From: a virus
Lineage: Duplodnaviria; Caudoviricetes
IMG/VR virus record: IMGVR_UViG_3300029825_000016
Coordinates: 1-42,941 of that record
Reading direction: 5' to 3' (one strand)
Length of the DNA stretch: 42,941 bases
Shown: positions 42,491 through 42,941 of the stretch, piece after piece
Layout: every line of letters starts with the position of its first letter
Position numbering within the stretch: position 1 is the first letter of the stretch
The notes under the pieces: generated by a model
Told to the model about the DNA's origin: nothing
Seen by the model: the letters and a program-made list of their open reading frames with translations, nothing else
Databases searched by the model: none
Program-made: the position numbers and the translations under genes

Positions 42491-42941
42491 TCCCGTTCTC
42501 ACCTCCGTTCCCGCTCGGATTTTTGCGCGGCTGCTGTTTTGAAGCTGTTTCTGTGCTGATCATGTTGCCATTGACAAGATAGGCATCGCCTGAAACACCT
42601 TCGATGGGGTTCATTTCCTCCATCTCGCGCCATTCGTTGGCGTTGATGATGCCGTTTTGACGCTGAATCCCAAGCCCTTCCTGACGTGATTTGTAATCAC
42701 CGCGTAAAAGCCCTTCGACGTTGAACTTCACGTAAAGCCCTCTTGCGCGTTCGTTGTCACCGAACAGCTTCCAGTTAAGGGTCTGTTCCCACCTCGTGAT
42801 CCACGGCAGGATGGTGTATTTCACAAATTCGAGTGATTGATGCTCGATGTTGTTGTTTGTCGAGCGCTCCAAGTTGGCGATCATGTGCGGCGGTACGCGG
42901 AACAGTCCGCAGATTTCATCGCGCGTGAATTTGCGGGTTTC
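42483..42941 (-). CDS. Portal protein 3' part, copy B (5' part outside the window); overlaps protease start
   Basis: Near-identical to the last ~145 residues of the 554-1804 portal; stop overlaps protease ATG region. Confidence 0.92.
   Translation of the reverse strand, partial: ETRKFTRDEICGLFRVPPHMIANLERSTNNNIEHQSLEFVKYTILPWITRWEQTLNWKLFGDNERARGLYVKFNVEGLLRGDYKSRQEGLGIQRQNGIINANEWREMEEMNPIEGVSGDAYLVNGNMISTETASKQQPRKNPSGNGGENGNE

Larger units (their letters stand above)
554..42941. mobile_element. Temperate siphovirus genome (HK97-like head, long non-contractile tail), excised/attP form, circularly permuted within the portal gene
   Basis: Complete ordered set of packaging, head, tail, lysis, lysogeny and replication genes; attP with arm sites on both sides of the core; last 80 bp (42862-42941) identical to 915-994. 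Confidence 0.95.

Noticed and set aside
42508-42941. Simple terminal redundancy or circular overlap
   Set aside because: Only the last 80 bp are identical; the other 354 bp carry 31 substitutions and the sequences beyond the stops are unrelated

Overview
The window is an essentially complete temperate siphovirus genome in excised form, since an intact attP lies next to the integrase. It has an HK97-type head, a probable cos/HNH packaging system and a TP901-type tape measure, and most genes read on the - strand. The unit length is about 41,947 bp if the right end is joined to position 995. Modules from left to right are: portal, terL, terS, HNH; a RinA/ArpU-type late activator; middle and replication genes (two-gene lambda O/P-like initiator and loader, N4/N6 methylase, DUF5131, YqaJ exonuclease plus partner); BRO antirepressor; cro/cI switch; tyrosine integrase; attP (3' half of tRNA-Leu(UAG)); an accessory block; lysis; tail; head. 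Strong GGAGG ribosome sites and sigma-70/A promoters suggest a Bacillota-like host, and the lysis genes hint at a diderm one (inference). The most unusual feature is that the portal 3' end occurs twice (561-994 and 42508-42941). By hand alignment the copies differ at 31 of 434 positions, mostly silently. The right copy is coupled to the prohead protease as expected. The left copy is followed by an intrinsic terminator, a CTGTCAT heptad array and a promoter-driven excisionase/AlpA-like gene that fit nowhere in the phage's circular gene order. This looks like the end of a second mobile element that inserts in the phage portal gene and supplies a replacement 3' end, although an assembly join with a related element cannot be excluded. 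All product calls come from motif recognition by eye; no database search was run.
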